Below are positions 29,661-39,532 of a DNA stretch of 64,000 nucleotides, in pieces. The notes beneath the pieces are model-generated. The model saw only the letters and a list, made by a program, of their open reading frames with translations, was not told the DNA's origin and ran no database searches. The DNA is taken from the IMG/VR virus record IMGVR_UViG_3300028591_005215, positions 128,001 to 192,000 of that record; one strand, 5' to 3'. A program made the translations under genes and the position numbers. Position 1 is the stretch's first letter. Every line of letters starts with the position of its first letter. The DNA is from a virus (taxonomy: Duplodnaviria > Caudoviricetes).

Positions 29661-30380
29661 ATGAAAGTAATAATCACTGAATCACAATATAAAAAGTTGT
29701 TTGAAGCGCAAATGGAAGGATTTCGTTTGGATGCCTTAAATACAATGCCTTATGCTAAGAAAGTCAGATATTGCAAAGAAATGCTTGGGAATCCAATAGG
29801 GAATGGCTCAAGCAGAATTGTGTTCCAAATTGATGATGAAAAATGCCTTAAATTGGCTAAGAATCAAAAAGGGGTTGCACAAAATGAAGAAGAATGCTCA
29901 ATAACACGTGACAGTTATAAGGAACAGACAGGATTATTTCCTAAAGTATACCAATTTGATGGCGACCATACCCAACTGTTCGGATATGATGGTAATGAAG
30001 AACCAAGATATCAATGGATAGTATGTGAATATGTTCTACCAGCAAAGGCTCAAGACTTTAAAAAAGTCACAGGTTTTGATTGGAAACTTGTTTGTAATTT
30101 TATAATGTACCAAGGTAGTAGATATGAACGAGGGATTGCACGATATGATAGGTCTGTTATTAATGATAATAATATTGATGAAATATTGGAAGCTGACGAA
30201 AATGGTTCATATTTCTTAAATGAATTAGAAAATTATCTCGGAAGTTATCAACCACCAACAGGTGATTATACAAGATTAGCAAATTGGGGGATGGTTCAAC
30301 GTGATGGGGAAACACATATGGTTATCCTTGATTCAGGATTAAGTGAAGAAATATATAATAATTTTTACAGAAGAAGATAA
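29661..30380 (+). CDS. leader-tagged protein-kinase-like protein
   Basis: Leader MKVIITESQYKKLFE; kinase fold IGNGSSRIVF, CLKLA, QNEEE, PKVY, WIVCEYV, GD...ANWG, VILDSG. Confidence 0.7.
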   Translation: MKVIITESQYKKLFEAQMEGFRLDALNTMPYAKKVRYCKEMLGNPIGNGSSRIVFQIDDEKCLKLAKNQKGVAQNEEECSITRDSYKEQTGLFPKVYQFDGDHTQLFGYDGNEEPRYQWIVCEYVLPAKAQDFKKVTGFDWKLVCNFIMYQGSRYERGIARYDRSVINDNNIDEILEADENGSYFLNELENYLGSYQPPTGDYTRLANWGMVQRDGETHMVILDSGLSEEIYNNFYRRR

Positions 30381-30381
30381 A

Positions 30382-30654
30382 ATGAAAAAACTAATTAGAC
30401 TTACAGAAGGCGATTTGCACCGTATTATTGAAAATAGCGTTAAACGTGTTTTGAAAGAATATAACCATAATAGTTGACTTGGTAAGAAATTGGATATGGC
30501 AGACATGGAAGCTAAACATGGTAATGGTAATATAGATGACAAGCATGGTAGGGCTGCAATGGCTGCTATGAGCGATGATGATGAAACATCAGATATAGCA
30601 AAAAGAGATAAAGGCTTAGGTAGAAGACCTAAATATAAAGGTGATAAAGAATAA
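30382..30654 (+). pseudogene. leader-tagged ORF interrupted by an in-frame TGA
   Basis: Not in ORF track. MKKLIRLTEGDLHRIIENSVKRVLKEYNHNS, TGA at 30475-30477, then LGKKLDMAD...KGDKE and a TAA overlapping the next ATG. Confidence 0.7.
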
Positions 30655-31187
30655 TGGATTTCAATAAAAACACACAAAGAAGAGTACCAATCAATAGAAA
30701 CAATCTCTTTTATTCTGAAGAAGATTTTGATTTTGAAATGGAAATAGGTAAAAATTATATAGAACAGGACATGAACCAAACTGTAGTTCTATATCAGGTT
30801 GACTTAACTAAATCAAATGCAGACGCTTTATATGGTGAAACTGATGCTAAACAGGTTGCCTATAAAGCGCCTGTTGAAATTCATTGCGTTTATGAAATTG
30901 AACAACCAGAACTAAAATCGTATGACAAATCAAAAAATTTAGGTACATATATGAAAACTGGTAAATTAACACTTGGTGTTTATCAAGAAACATTGGATGA
31001 ACTTGGTGTTGATATTAAGAAGGGTGACTATATTGGTGTTCAGATAAGTCAAACACATATGGAATACTTTACTGTTTCAAATGATGGCAGAAATAACTAT
31101 GATAATGCGCACACATTGTTTGGAATCGAACCTTTATTTCGTACAATTTATGCTTATCCAGTCGACCAATCGGAATTCAGTGCGTAA
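30654..31187 (+). CDS. neck / head-closure protein (T4 gp14-like)
   Basis: VVLYQVD...DALYGE...ELGVDIKKGDYI; lies upstream of tail terminator and sheath. Confidence 0.6.
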   Translation: MDFNKNTQRRVPINRNNLFYSEEDFDFEMEIGKNYIEQDMNQTVVLYQVDLTKSNADALYGETDAKQVAYKAPVEIHCVYEIEQPELKSYDKSKNLGTYMKTGKLTLGVYQETLDELGVDIKKGDYIGVQISQTHMEYFTVSNDGRNNYDNAHTLFGIEPLFRTIYAYPVDQSEFSA

Positions 31188-31191
31188 CTAC

Positions 31192-31269
31192 ATGGCATTT
31201 TTTATGGTGCTAAATTTAACCGAATCACAGTTTGCAAAGATATTTGAAAATCTTTCCAATGAAGAATAG
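31192..31269 (+). pseudogene. leader-only mini-ORF
   Basis: MAFFMVLNLTESQFAKIFENLSNEE*, matching the LTESQF leader but with no cargo. Confidence 0.5.
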
Positions 31270-31287
31270 GAAAGATATTAAGAGAAG

Positions 31288-31324
31288 AAATAATGGGAAC
31301 TATTTAATTTAGTTCCCATTATTT
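31288..31324. terminator. hairpin with GGGAACTA/TAGTTCCC stem
   Basis: aaataatgggaacta-tttaatt-tagttcccattattt. Confidence 0.7.
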
Positions 31325-31356
31325 TTGCATATTTATTAATATAAAAAATTGTTAAA

Positions 31357-32643
31357 ATGGCATTAATACAACCAAAACCATATTTAGATAGGTTTAAAGT
31401 AAGGAATAAAGCAACAGGCAAAGAACGTAGAAGGAATATGTCAAAAATAATTTTAGAAAATTCTGCTTTTTTCCCTAAACCTATTACGTATGAAGATATA
31501 GATAAAGAATTTTTTAATTGGGTAGACAAAAAGCTTGATTTGGTATATGATGGAAAACGTTTACCTACATATAGATTGTTTTCCAATCAGAAGATTTCTG
31601 AATATTCTCAAACTTGGCAAAATCTTGATGATACAGGTAATATTATAATGAATTTTAAAACAATTACACGTGATAATAATCCACAACATGGCGAAGGGCA
31701 AGGCGCTCCGTTTAATGTACCTGGGCATAGGGATTATACAATGTTTGCTGTCCCTGTTTTACAAGAAAATGGGGAAGAAGCATATGATTTATATTCAATG
31801 AAGCAACCATTTGCTATTAATTTTGTATATACTGTAAATTTAATATGTAATAAGTATGAATTACTTAATAGATTTAACGAAATGGTTCATTATGAATTTC
31901 AATCGCTTGAATGCTATATAGCGCCTAATGGTCATGCAATGCCTATGATATTAGAATCCATTAATGATGAATCAGAATATACAATTGACGATAGGAAGTT
32001 TTATTCGCAAACTTTTTCGATTAAAGTGATGGGGTATATTATAAGGAAAGAGGATTACAAAGTAACAAGAGTGCCATCAAGATTTATTGTTAAGTTTCTT
32101 GATTCTGAAGAAACTAAGAAAAATAAAAGAATTACTGATTTCGATTTAAAAACAAATAAGATTGTTAGTGAACTTGAATGCGGTGTTCCTTATGACACAG
32201 TAGATATACGCAAAAAACGTGGCTCTGTAATTCTTAAAGAAGAAGAATTGCCTGATAATTGTTGCATTAAAGATGAAGAAGACAAATACCATAATAAATC
32301 ACTTGAATATGAAATTACAATACCAAATTGTGAAAGCGGAATAACATTCGCTGTAGAATCAGATATGGTTTTAACGGAAGTTACAACCGAAAACGTATAC
32401 GATTTTACAATTTATACAAATAATGAGTTTACTGACTTAGATTTTGATGTATCTTTTTTAAAGGAAGATGAAATTAAAATTAATATAACAAGGGATGATT
32501 TATATTCTGATTCTAAAATAATAATTAAAGGGTATGACCCTAATATTATAGTGGATATTACTGAAAATAAAGAATCAGAACTTGACACAACACCTGTTAA
32601 CGAAAAAATCATTGTAGATGGTAACGATAAAGATATTGATTGA
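31357..32643 (+). CDS. tail terminator / sheath stabiliser (T4 gp15-like) with C-terminal extension
   Basis: Position before sheath; QPFAINFVYTVNLI...LNRFNE...TFSIKVMGYI. Confidence 0.6.
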   Translation: MALIQPKPYLDRFKVRNKATGKERRRNMSKIILENSAFFPKPITYEDIDKEFFNWVDKKLDLVYDGKRLPTYRLFSNQKISEYSQTWQNLDDTGNIIMNFKTITRDNNPQHGEGQGAPFNVPGHRDYTMFAVPVLQENGEEAYDLYSMKQPFAINFVYTVNLICNKYELLNRFNEMVHYEFQSLECYIAPNGHAMPMILESINDESEYTIDDRKFYSQTFSIKVMGYIIRKEDYKVTRVPSRFIVKFLDSEETKKNKRITDFDLKTNKIVSELECGVPYDTVDIRKKRGSVILKEEELPDNCCIKDEEDKYHNKSLEYEITIPNCESGITFAVESDMVLTEVTTENVYDFTIYTNNEFTDLDFDVSFLKEDEIKINITRDDLYSDSKIIIKGYDPNIIVDITENKESELDTTPVNEKIIVDGNDKDID

Positions 32644-32914
32644 TTTAGAAAAAAAATTACTAGATATTGATAATTCAGATTTAAAATACAATCTTGAATT
32701 AAATGATTTATTATTACTTAAAAAATACTTAAAAAGCATAGGTGAAATCACTGATTTATTTTTTAATTTGCAAGTAGATTATGCTAATACAATTAAAGAT
32801 GAAGAAAATTATGTTGATTTGCTAATTTCTTATCGTGAAAAATTATTAAAAAACAACATAAATTTTGATGTAACTGATGTTAAAGAATTTATTAATAGGA
32901 TAAATAGTATCTAA
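32618..32914 (+). CDS. hypothetical protein
   Basis: 98 aa ORF overlapping the upstream stop. Confidence 0.55.
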   Translation: MVTIKILIDLEKKLLDIDNSDLKYNLELNDLLLLKKYLKSIGEITDLFFNLQVDYANTIKDEENYVDLLISYREKLLKNNINFDVTDVKEFINRINSI

Positions 32915-33005
32915 TCTATTTTTTTTATAATATAATTAAATTTATTGGTTATATCAAATATTTATTATTAAATAATAAAATAATTAAGACAAAATATTTC
33001 AAATT

Positions 33006-36000
33006 ATGGCAGATAATGCAAGGGGTGTACATGTATCGCCTGGCGTTTACTCACGTGAAATTGATATGACTTATGCAGTTAAGAGTCTTGGTATTACGAC
33101 TTTAGGCCTTGCAGGTGAAACCTTAAAAGGTCCTGCTTTTCAGCCAATGTCAATCTCTAACTGGCGTGAATTTGTAAACACATTTGGTGGTACTAGCACT
33201 GAAAAATTTAAAGGTAGCCAATATCCTAAATACGAATTACCATATGTAGCAAAATCTTACCTCACACAGTCTAATCAGCTTGAAGTTGTACGTGTGTTAG
33301 GGCTTAGCGGATATAATGCAGGTCCTGCATGGGTTATTACAGCTAAAATGGAAGGAACACAAGATAGTATGGTAGTTGCTGTGTTACGTTCAAGAGCAGA
33401 TTATCAAAAGTACTATAAATTCAACAGTGCAAATGGTACCTGTACTTGCCCAACTGATTCATATGATAAATTAGTATATCGTGTAGGTGAACTTACTAAA
33501 GATACAGACGCTTGTAAAAAACCTACATTGTACAATAAGAATGCACTTAACTTAGCGCCTTATGTTTCTTTATATTCAACAGGTAACGATTGCTCAGAAT
33601 ATAATTTCTCTGGAAGTGAAGAAACATATAGTATATCTTCTACAAATTTAGGCAGATTTAAAATCCAAGGTGTGACAGGTGAAACAAGTGGGACATCATA
33701 TACAAGCGATGCACCTAATGGTTTTGAATACGCAGTTTCTCTGAATCCTAATGATAAAGAATATATTATTAATGTTTTGGGTACTGACCCAGTAAATGGT
33801 GACGCTCCTATTTATGTGGAAGAATTATATGATGTCGCTTTAGAGCAAGCAATTGCAAATACAGGTAGTACTCACGCAACAGCAATTAATAGTGAATTGA
33901 CTTTCTATCAAGTGCTTTATCCAACAGAATTTTCAAGTATTGAACCTGTTAATGGCTTACTTAGAAAACCAGAAGCTTCTTTGACAAGGAAAGATTTAGG
34001 CTTAAGATATTTGGCTGATAAAGAGGTTGTTGGTAAAGCAGGGTTTACTGCGCACATATTTAATAGTGGTGAAACAATTACTAATGAAGCTGAAAATTTA
34101 GCTGTAGGTAAAATTTATACTGTAGCTCAATACACAGATAATAAAGGCAGTAGGCATTACGTTTATAAACGATATGATTACTATGATAATCCTGAAGATG
34201 GTGGTGACTATGTTGATGTTTTAAAATCACCAGGTATACTTATTAATGGTAATAAAGTTACGACACCAGCTAACGCAAAATACACTTTAGTTAAGAACTT
34301 AGCTGATGATTTGTATTATCGTTTAAATAAGGTAGGTGATGACCTTACATTTGTAAATTGTGACTTAAATAACTATAAATCAGCTTACCGATATTCATCA
34401 ACACCTTGGATTGTATCTAACTTGATGGGTGATTACAATCATATTGAATTGAAGAAATTGTTTAGATTCCATACAATTTCTGATGGTAATATGTCTGTTA
34501 ATGAAGTTAAGGTTTCAATTGAAAACATTAAACCTGATGAAGGTGTGTTTGATGTTGTAGTACGTGATATTAATGACACTGATGAAATTCAAGTTCCACT
34601 TGAAAAATTCTCTCATTGTTCATTAATTCCTGGGTCAAAGAATTATATTTCTTATAAGATTGGCTCATTTGACGGAATGTATGAAAGCAAGTCAAAATAT
34701 ATCACAGTTGAATGCAAGGAAAGTGACGCTGCTGAAAATGCAGTACCTGCAGGTTTCTTAGGCTACCCTTCAGTTCAGTATGGTGGAACACCAATTGTAG
34801 ATGATAGACAGTCAGGTATTACAGCACCTTTTATTAAATATAATACAACTTATGATGAAGATTTAAGAAATAGAAAACAATATTTTGGTTTGTCATCAAG
34901 AGTAGGTGTTGATTTAGATTTATTTAAATTTAAAGGTGTTGCAGCATACATTAACAAACCTTCAATGTTAACACACGGCTTCCACTTGGATTCAAGGCTT
35001 GATTTTGATGCTAACTATAATCCATTGGTTACGGTAGATGGTGAAAAAGGATATATATTCGATGCCGTTTCTAAGGGCACAAGAACATCTACATTAGACG
35101 GTGAACCAATCATTGGTGATGAATACTCAATGTATGGCTCAATTTATGAAAATGTATCATTACGTAAGTTCACTGTTTATTTCTATGGTGGATTTGATGG
35201 TTGGGATGTATTTAGGACATCAAGAAGTAACACTGATGACTTTAAACTCTCTAAGTATTTAGGCAAATATAACAAGACTACAGGTGAAGGTTATTCATTT
35301 GATAGAATTGCTGACCCTGAGTCATTAGGCTTAAATCAGAATGGTCTGACATCTGACTGGTATGCTTATCTTGCAGCTATTAGACAATTCTCTAACCCTG
35401 AATCAGTTGATATTAATGTTTTTGCCACACCAGGTATTGATTATGTAAACAATAAAACTCTTGTAGAAGAAACAATTGATATGCTTGAACAGGAAAGAGC
35501 TGACTCTATCTACGTTGTGACAACACCTGATAAACCATTTGGTGTTGGTGATTATGTAGATGAAATGTTTACACCTGAAGAAGCTGTGTACAATTTGGAA
35601 GAATCGGAAATTACGTCTAACTATACATGTACATATTATCCTTGGGTTAAATATCTTGACCAAGATAATAGCCAGTATATTTATTTGCCACCTACAAAGG
35701 ATGTTGTAAGAAACTTTGCACAAACTGATAATTCTGCTTATCCTTGGTTTGCACCTGCAGGCCTTGAACGTGGCGATGTTAATTGTGTAAAAGCACACTA
35801 TGTTACAAAGTTGGCTGATGAAGATGAGCTTTATGATAATAGAATTAATCCAGTTAAGACATTTGCTACTGACGGTGTTAAGATTTGGGGGCAGAAAAAC
35901 TTACAGGAAACTGATACACAATTGAATCGTATAGCTGTACGTAGATTGCTGCTTCGTATGAGAAAGCTTATTGCAATTGCTTGCAGAAGTTTAATTTTTG

Positions 36001-36236
36001 AACCAAACGATTCTGTTACAAAGAATGCATTCTTATCAACTGTCACACCTATTTTGGATAATATTAGGGCAAATAGAGGTATTTCTGATTATAAAATTGA
36101 AGTAGATTCATCTGAAGAAGCAAAGGAAAGAAGAGAATTACCTGCTAAGATTTATTTTAAACCAATCAACTCATTGGAATATATTCCTATTGACTTTGTT
36201 TTAACCCCTGAAGGCGTTTCATTCGATAATATTTAA
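33006..36236 (+). CDS. tail sheath protein
   Basis: HVSPGVYSREID, GET.KGP, DINVFATPG, YYPWV, PWFAPAG..RG, INPV, IWGQK, RIAVRRLL, FEPND. Confidence 0.96.
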   Translation: MADNARGVHVSPGVYSREIDMTYAVKSLGITTLGLAGETLKGPAFQPMSISNWREFVNTFGGTSTEKFKGSQYPKYELPYVAKSYLTQSNQLEVVRVLGLSGYNAGPAWVITAKMEGTQDSMVVAVLRSRADYQKYYKFNSANGTCTCPTDSYDKLVYRVGELTKDTDACKKPTLYNKNALNLAPYVSLYSTGNDCSEYNFSGSEETYSISSTNLGRFKIQGVTGETSGTSYTSDAPNGFEYAVSLNPNDKEYIINVLGTDPVNGDAPIYVEELYDVALEQAIANTGSTHATAINSELTFYQVLYPTEFSSIEPVNGLLRKPEASLTRKDLGLRYLADKEVVGKAGFTAHIFNSGETITNEAENLAVGKIYTVAQYTDNKGSRHYVYKRYDYYDNPEDGGDYVDVLKSPGILINGNKVTTPANAKYTLVKNLADDLYYRLNKVGDDLTFVNCDLNNYKSAYRYSSTPWIVSNLMGDYNHIELKKLFRFHTISDGNMSVNEVKVSIENIKPDEGVFDVVVRDINDTDEIQVPLEKFSHCSLIPGSKNYISYKIGSFDGMYESKSKYITVECKESDAAENAVPAGFLGYPSVQYGGTPIVDDRQSGITAPFIKYNTTYDEDLRNRKQYFGLSSRVGVDLDLFKFKGVAAYINKPSMLTHGFHLDSRLDFDANYNPLVTVDGEKGYIFDAVSKGTRTSTLDGEPIIGDEYSMYGSIYENVSLRKFTVYFYGGFDGWDVFRTSRSNTDDFKLSKYLGKYNKTTGEGYSFDRIADPESLGLNQNGLTSDWYAYLAAIRQFSNPESVDINVFATPGIDYVNNKTLVEETIDMLEQERADSIYVVTTPDKPFGVGDYVDEMFTPEEAVYNLEESEITSNYTCTYYPWVKYLDQDNSQYIYLPPTKDVVRNFAQTDNSAYPWFAPAGLERGDVNCVKAHYVTKLADEDELYDNRINPVKTFATDGVKIWGQKNLQETDTQLNRIAVRRLLLRMRKLIAIACRSLIFEPNDSVTKNAFLSTVTPILDNIRANRGISDYKIEVDSSEEAKERRELPAKIYFKPINSLEYIPIDFVLTPEGVSFDNI

Positions 36237-36244
36237 TTAATATA

Positions 36245-36280
36245 AAAAGAGAATCCTTTGATGGTGGGTTCTCTTTTTTT
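36245..36280 (+). terminator. intrinsic terminator
   Basis: aaaaagagaatcc...gggttctcttttttt after the sheath gene. Confidence 0.7.
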
Positions 36281-36321
36281 ATTTGTATTATATTTATATA
36301 TAAATTAAACGTTTAATAATT

Positions 36322-36696
36322 ATGAAAAGGAAAAATAGTTATATTCACAAAGTATTAGATGACCTGAATGATACAATGCGTTATCTAAACGAAGACTATA
36401 TATTTAATGAAGGTGATGAAGACCAAATGATGGATGATATGGAAATGAGTCAAGGTATTCAACAGCAAGGAAACCATATGCAGCAGCAAGATGATGGTGA
36501 TAATGCTGAACAAAAAGCAATGCATGTCCATGAAATAATTCAGCATGAACCAATCATTCAGAAAATACGTCAAACTGCAATTGATGGGTTGAGAAAATAT
36601 GCAGAAGACCCAACATCATCAATATATGAATTTTTCAAAAAGGTATTTTTGGAAAGCGATAAAGTATTAACTGATGACGGTTCTAGTAACAAATAA
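36322..36696 (+). CDS. hypothetical acidic protein (possible head-internal)
   Basis: 124 aa with YLNE/IFNE sites; ATATTTAT at 36290 upstream. Confidence 0.65.
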   Translation: MKRKNSYIHKVLDDLNDTMRYLNEDYIFNEGDEDQMMDDMEMSQGIQQQGNHMQQQDDGDNAEQKAMHVHEIIQHEPIIQKIRQTAIDGLRKYAEDPTSSIYEFFKKVFLESDKVLTDDGSSNK

Positions 36697-36764
36697 TACA
36701 ATTATATTGACTGATGCACAAATCACCAATAACACATAAAAAATAACATTAAAATTATAATATT

Positions 36765-37169
36765 ATGGTAATAAACGAAAACTATTTACATAAAGTAATT
36801 GAAGAAAATATTCAGCAAGTCATCAATGAAAATGATGAAAATGAAGGCTTTAAAGATATGGTTAAAAGTGGGGCTAATGCAGTAAGTGCATTTTTTGGAA
36901 ATGGTCCTGGTAATTCTGAAAGAAGAAGACCTGCGCCAAATGATACTGAATTTCCATATAACCTTAATAAGCGATTTAAAGCTGCTGCGACTAATTTTAA
37001 AGCATCTAATTCATATTATAAAGCCCAAGAACTTATTAACACTTTAATGCCGTTAGCCAAAAGATACGGTGGAAATGCAACACTTTCCCAAGTTATAAGG
37101 TCAGCTCAAAGTATGAAGGGTAATGCCAATAGTAGACGTAGTAGGTCAATTAATAACATTTACAATTAA
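36765..37169 (+). CDS. leader-tagged basic protein
   Basis: MVINENYLHKVIEENIQQVINENDENEG followed by a basic domain. Confidence 0.7.
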   Translation: MVINENYLHKVIEENIQQVINENDENEGFKDMVKSGANAVSAFFGNGPGNSERRRPAPNDTEFPYNLNKRFKAAATNFKASNSYYKAQELINTLMPLAKRYGGNATLSQVIRSAQSMKGNANSRRSRSINNIYN

Positions 37170-37615
37170 CAAATCTTATTAATTAGCCAATTTAACATTA
37201 TAAGGAAAACGTTATGTTTTCTATTTTTTTCCTTAAGGAGTAATTCTTTACATTTGTGAGTTTTTAAAATATGACTCCCATCTAAAGGAATTACTCTTTT
37301 TCTTTCTTGATAGATTCTTGCACATTCAGCCTTGAAATTATTACCATGATTACTAAAATCATTTTTACCAATCATTGACAATTTCAAATGAATCATTTCG
37401 TGTGTAATTATATCAGATAATTCTTCTTTATCCCATAAGAACATGTCACTAACAAATATTTTATATTTGTTTTTTGTTTGTCTTACAAAACCAGCTACAT
37501 TATGTATTGAATGGTCAATGGCAAATGTTATGTTTTTAGTTGGTAATTCATTGTTGAAATAATTGTTATTATTATCCAAATAATAACTTTTAATAATGCT
37601 TTTCGTTAATTTCAT
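37166..37615 (-). CDS. SprT-like zinc metalloprotease
   Basis: IITHEMIH...NHGNNFK (HExxH plus HG motif). Confidence 0.8.
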   Translation of the reverse strand: MKLTKSIIKSYYLDNNNNYFNNELPTKNITFAIDHSIHNVAGFVRQTKNKYKIFVSDMFLWDKEELSDIITHEMIHLKLSMIGKNDFSNHGNNFKAECARIYQERKRVIPLDGSHILKTHKCKELLLKEKNRKHNVFLIMLNWLINKIC

Positions 37616-37672
37616 ATTTTTTTATTTTGAATATAACGCTTTGTTTTTAATAAAACAATAGAATTAACATTT

Positions 37673-39532
37673 TTAACGTTCTAAAATCTTGTTAAATACC
37701 ATAACGCCATTTGTAGGGGAAATGTACATTTGGTTAGAATTAATTAATTTATTTATTTCATCATTTTTAAATGGTTTTCTCATTGTTGCAGTTCTTTTAA
37801 TAGAGTTGACATTCATAAACCCAGGAACCCATTTCGTAAATTCAAATCCACTATTCTGTAAGCTTTTTCCATTATTATGGTCAGCGTCCACATAGAATAT
37901 TAATTTTTTAACATTTATAATTTTATTAGCTATTTTAATTTGTTTATAATTTTTTTCAAAAAAATTAAGTAACTTCGATGAGCCACCAACTACATGCGAA
38001 TTTAGAATTGTAGATACCCTTATAACTTCCAACGTATCTAACTTATCAGACCTGCCATAGAAATTACTTCCAAAAGTGTATACCATGACTAAATCGCCTT
38101 TTTTAAAGTTACCGCAATCTTTTTTCAAATAAAGTCCAAGATTTACTTTAGCAGGTCTATATCCATAGAAGCAATTCTTATCCAAGAATGCTTTCAATTC
38201 ATTGTTTGGTACTTCGTGTATTTCACAATTTCTTGCAAATATTTTATTTTCGCATAGATTACAAGCATATCTGATATATGATTTAATGACTTCCCATTTA
38301 CGTTTATAGCCATTTTTTTCTTCAATCATTTCATAATCTTTAATCCAAATGACATTATACCCATCGCTATTATATTTTTTAGTTTCTGAAATAAAAAAAG
38401 ATGGTGATACACCAACCCCTTCTTCATTTTTCTTTCTATAATCATAACTGTTAACGTATATTATTTTTAAATTGCTATCGTTAATAGTAAAAATATCTTG
38501 TAAAGACATATAAGAGGAATCATGTACTATCTTATTAACTTCATAAGTGAATTTAACGTTTAATGATTTGAGGAAATTGTGTATTTCTGAAATATTTTTC
38601 TTGTCTATATTTATAGTTTCATCAATTGATTTAATCAATTCATTTGAATTGTTTATGATTTCTTTGTCATATTTTTCATTTGCAAAATAAAGTAATTTGA
38701 CGCCATTTTTGATGCATTTTTCCAACTTAATTTTATCTCTATTTTGAATTGTTTCCAATGATTCAGAAAATCTGTTTGGTTTGTAATGTTGTTCACCTTG
38801 GCATTCTATTGCTACGTTATAATCAGGTAAATAAAAATCCAATGATTGCTTTTCAAGCCACTTTTCCCTATATTGTGGAATGTATTTAATTGAGTTATCT
38901 GCAAGAATAGATTCCACTATTTTTTCAAGATTGTTTTCATTACATTTAGGGCATCCTTTACCTTGTAAATGATTATGTGGTGTTTGTGAAAAATCTCCGT
39001 GCTTACTGCAAGTTATTATAACATTTGTTGTGTTATTTATGTATTTTACTTTATCATAAGTATATTTTCCATTGTGAACTAATTTAGCTTTAGCTATGAA
39101 ATCTTCAGTGTTTGAAGCAAAATATTTTGAGAGCTTTTCACTTTTGCATTTAGGACATCCACATCCTGAAAGATGATTAGTTGCACTAACATTCCACCAT
39201 CCATGTTCTTTACCATCTGCCCCTAAGCATTTACAATAAACAGGAATGTTTTTAGTTTTAGCATCTATATACTTAAAATCACCATAAGAATATTTTGAAT
39301 TATGCACTTCATTGAACTTTTTAATCAGTTCATCGTTAGTATGCTTCTTTTTATCTGAAAGTTCTATTGGCATATGGTGTGCTAAGTGATGCTTTGGTGT
39401 TTGCTCAACCCTAATTCCATTATACCATAGAACTACAGGTATATTATTCTTAACATAAACAACATCTTTATAGTCAAACACATTTTCGCCCCAAACCTTT
39501 TTAGCTTTATCAATAAATTTTTTTGTCTTATC
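37673..39532 (-). CDS. homing-endonuclease-like protein (Zn repeats, one intact and one degenerate Vsr-like domain, Mom/GNAT-like C-terminus)
   Basis: CSKHGDFSQTPHNHLQGKGCPKC; SLDFYLPDYNVAIECQGEQHY; IFARNC...LEVIRV...GGSSKLL...FYVDADH. Start probably MDKTKKF (~39532-39535), translationally coupled to the upstream stop. Confidence 0.8.
   Translation of the reverse strand, partial: DKTKKFIDKAKKVWGENVFDYKDVVYVKNNIPVVLWYNGIRVEQTPKHHLAHHMPIELSDKKKHTNDELIKKFNEVHNSKYSYGDFKYIDAKTKNIPVYCKCLGADGKEHGWWNVSATNHLSGCGCPKCKSEKLSKYFASNTEDFIAKAKLVHNGKYTYDKVKYINNTTNVIITCSKHGDFSQTPHNHLQGKGCPKCNENNLEKIVESILADNSIKYIPQYREKWLEKQSLDFYLPDYNVAIECQGEQHYKPNRFSESLETIQNRDKIKLEKCIKNGVKLLYFANEKYDKEIINNSNELIKSIDETINIDKKNISEIHNFLKSLNVKFTYEVNKIVHDSSYMSLQDIFTINDSNLKIIYVNSYDYRKKNEEGVGVSPSFFISETKKYNSDGYNVIWIKDYEMIEEKNGYKRKWEVIKSYIRYACNLCENKIFARNCEIHEVPNNELKAFLDKNCFYGYRPAKVNLGLYLKKDCGNFKKGDLVMVYTFGSNFYGRSDKLDTLEVIRVSTILNSHVVGGSSKLLNFFEKNYKQIKIANKIINVKKLIFYVDADHNNGKSLQNSGFEFTKWVPGFMNVNSIKRTATMRKPFKNDEINKLINSNQMYISPTNGVMVFNKILER

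Noticed and set aside
30339-30779. 146 aa minus-strand ORF filling the gap after the kinase
   Set aside because: It is antisense to the leader-tagged TGA-interrupted gene and the neck gene; the plus strand explains the region better.
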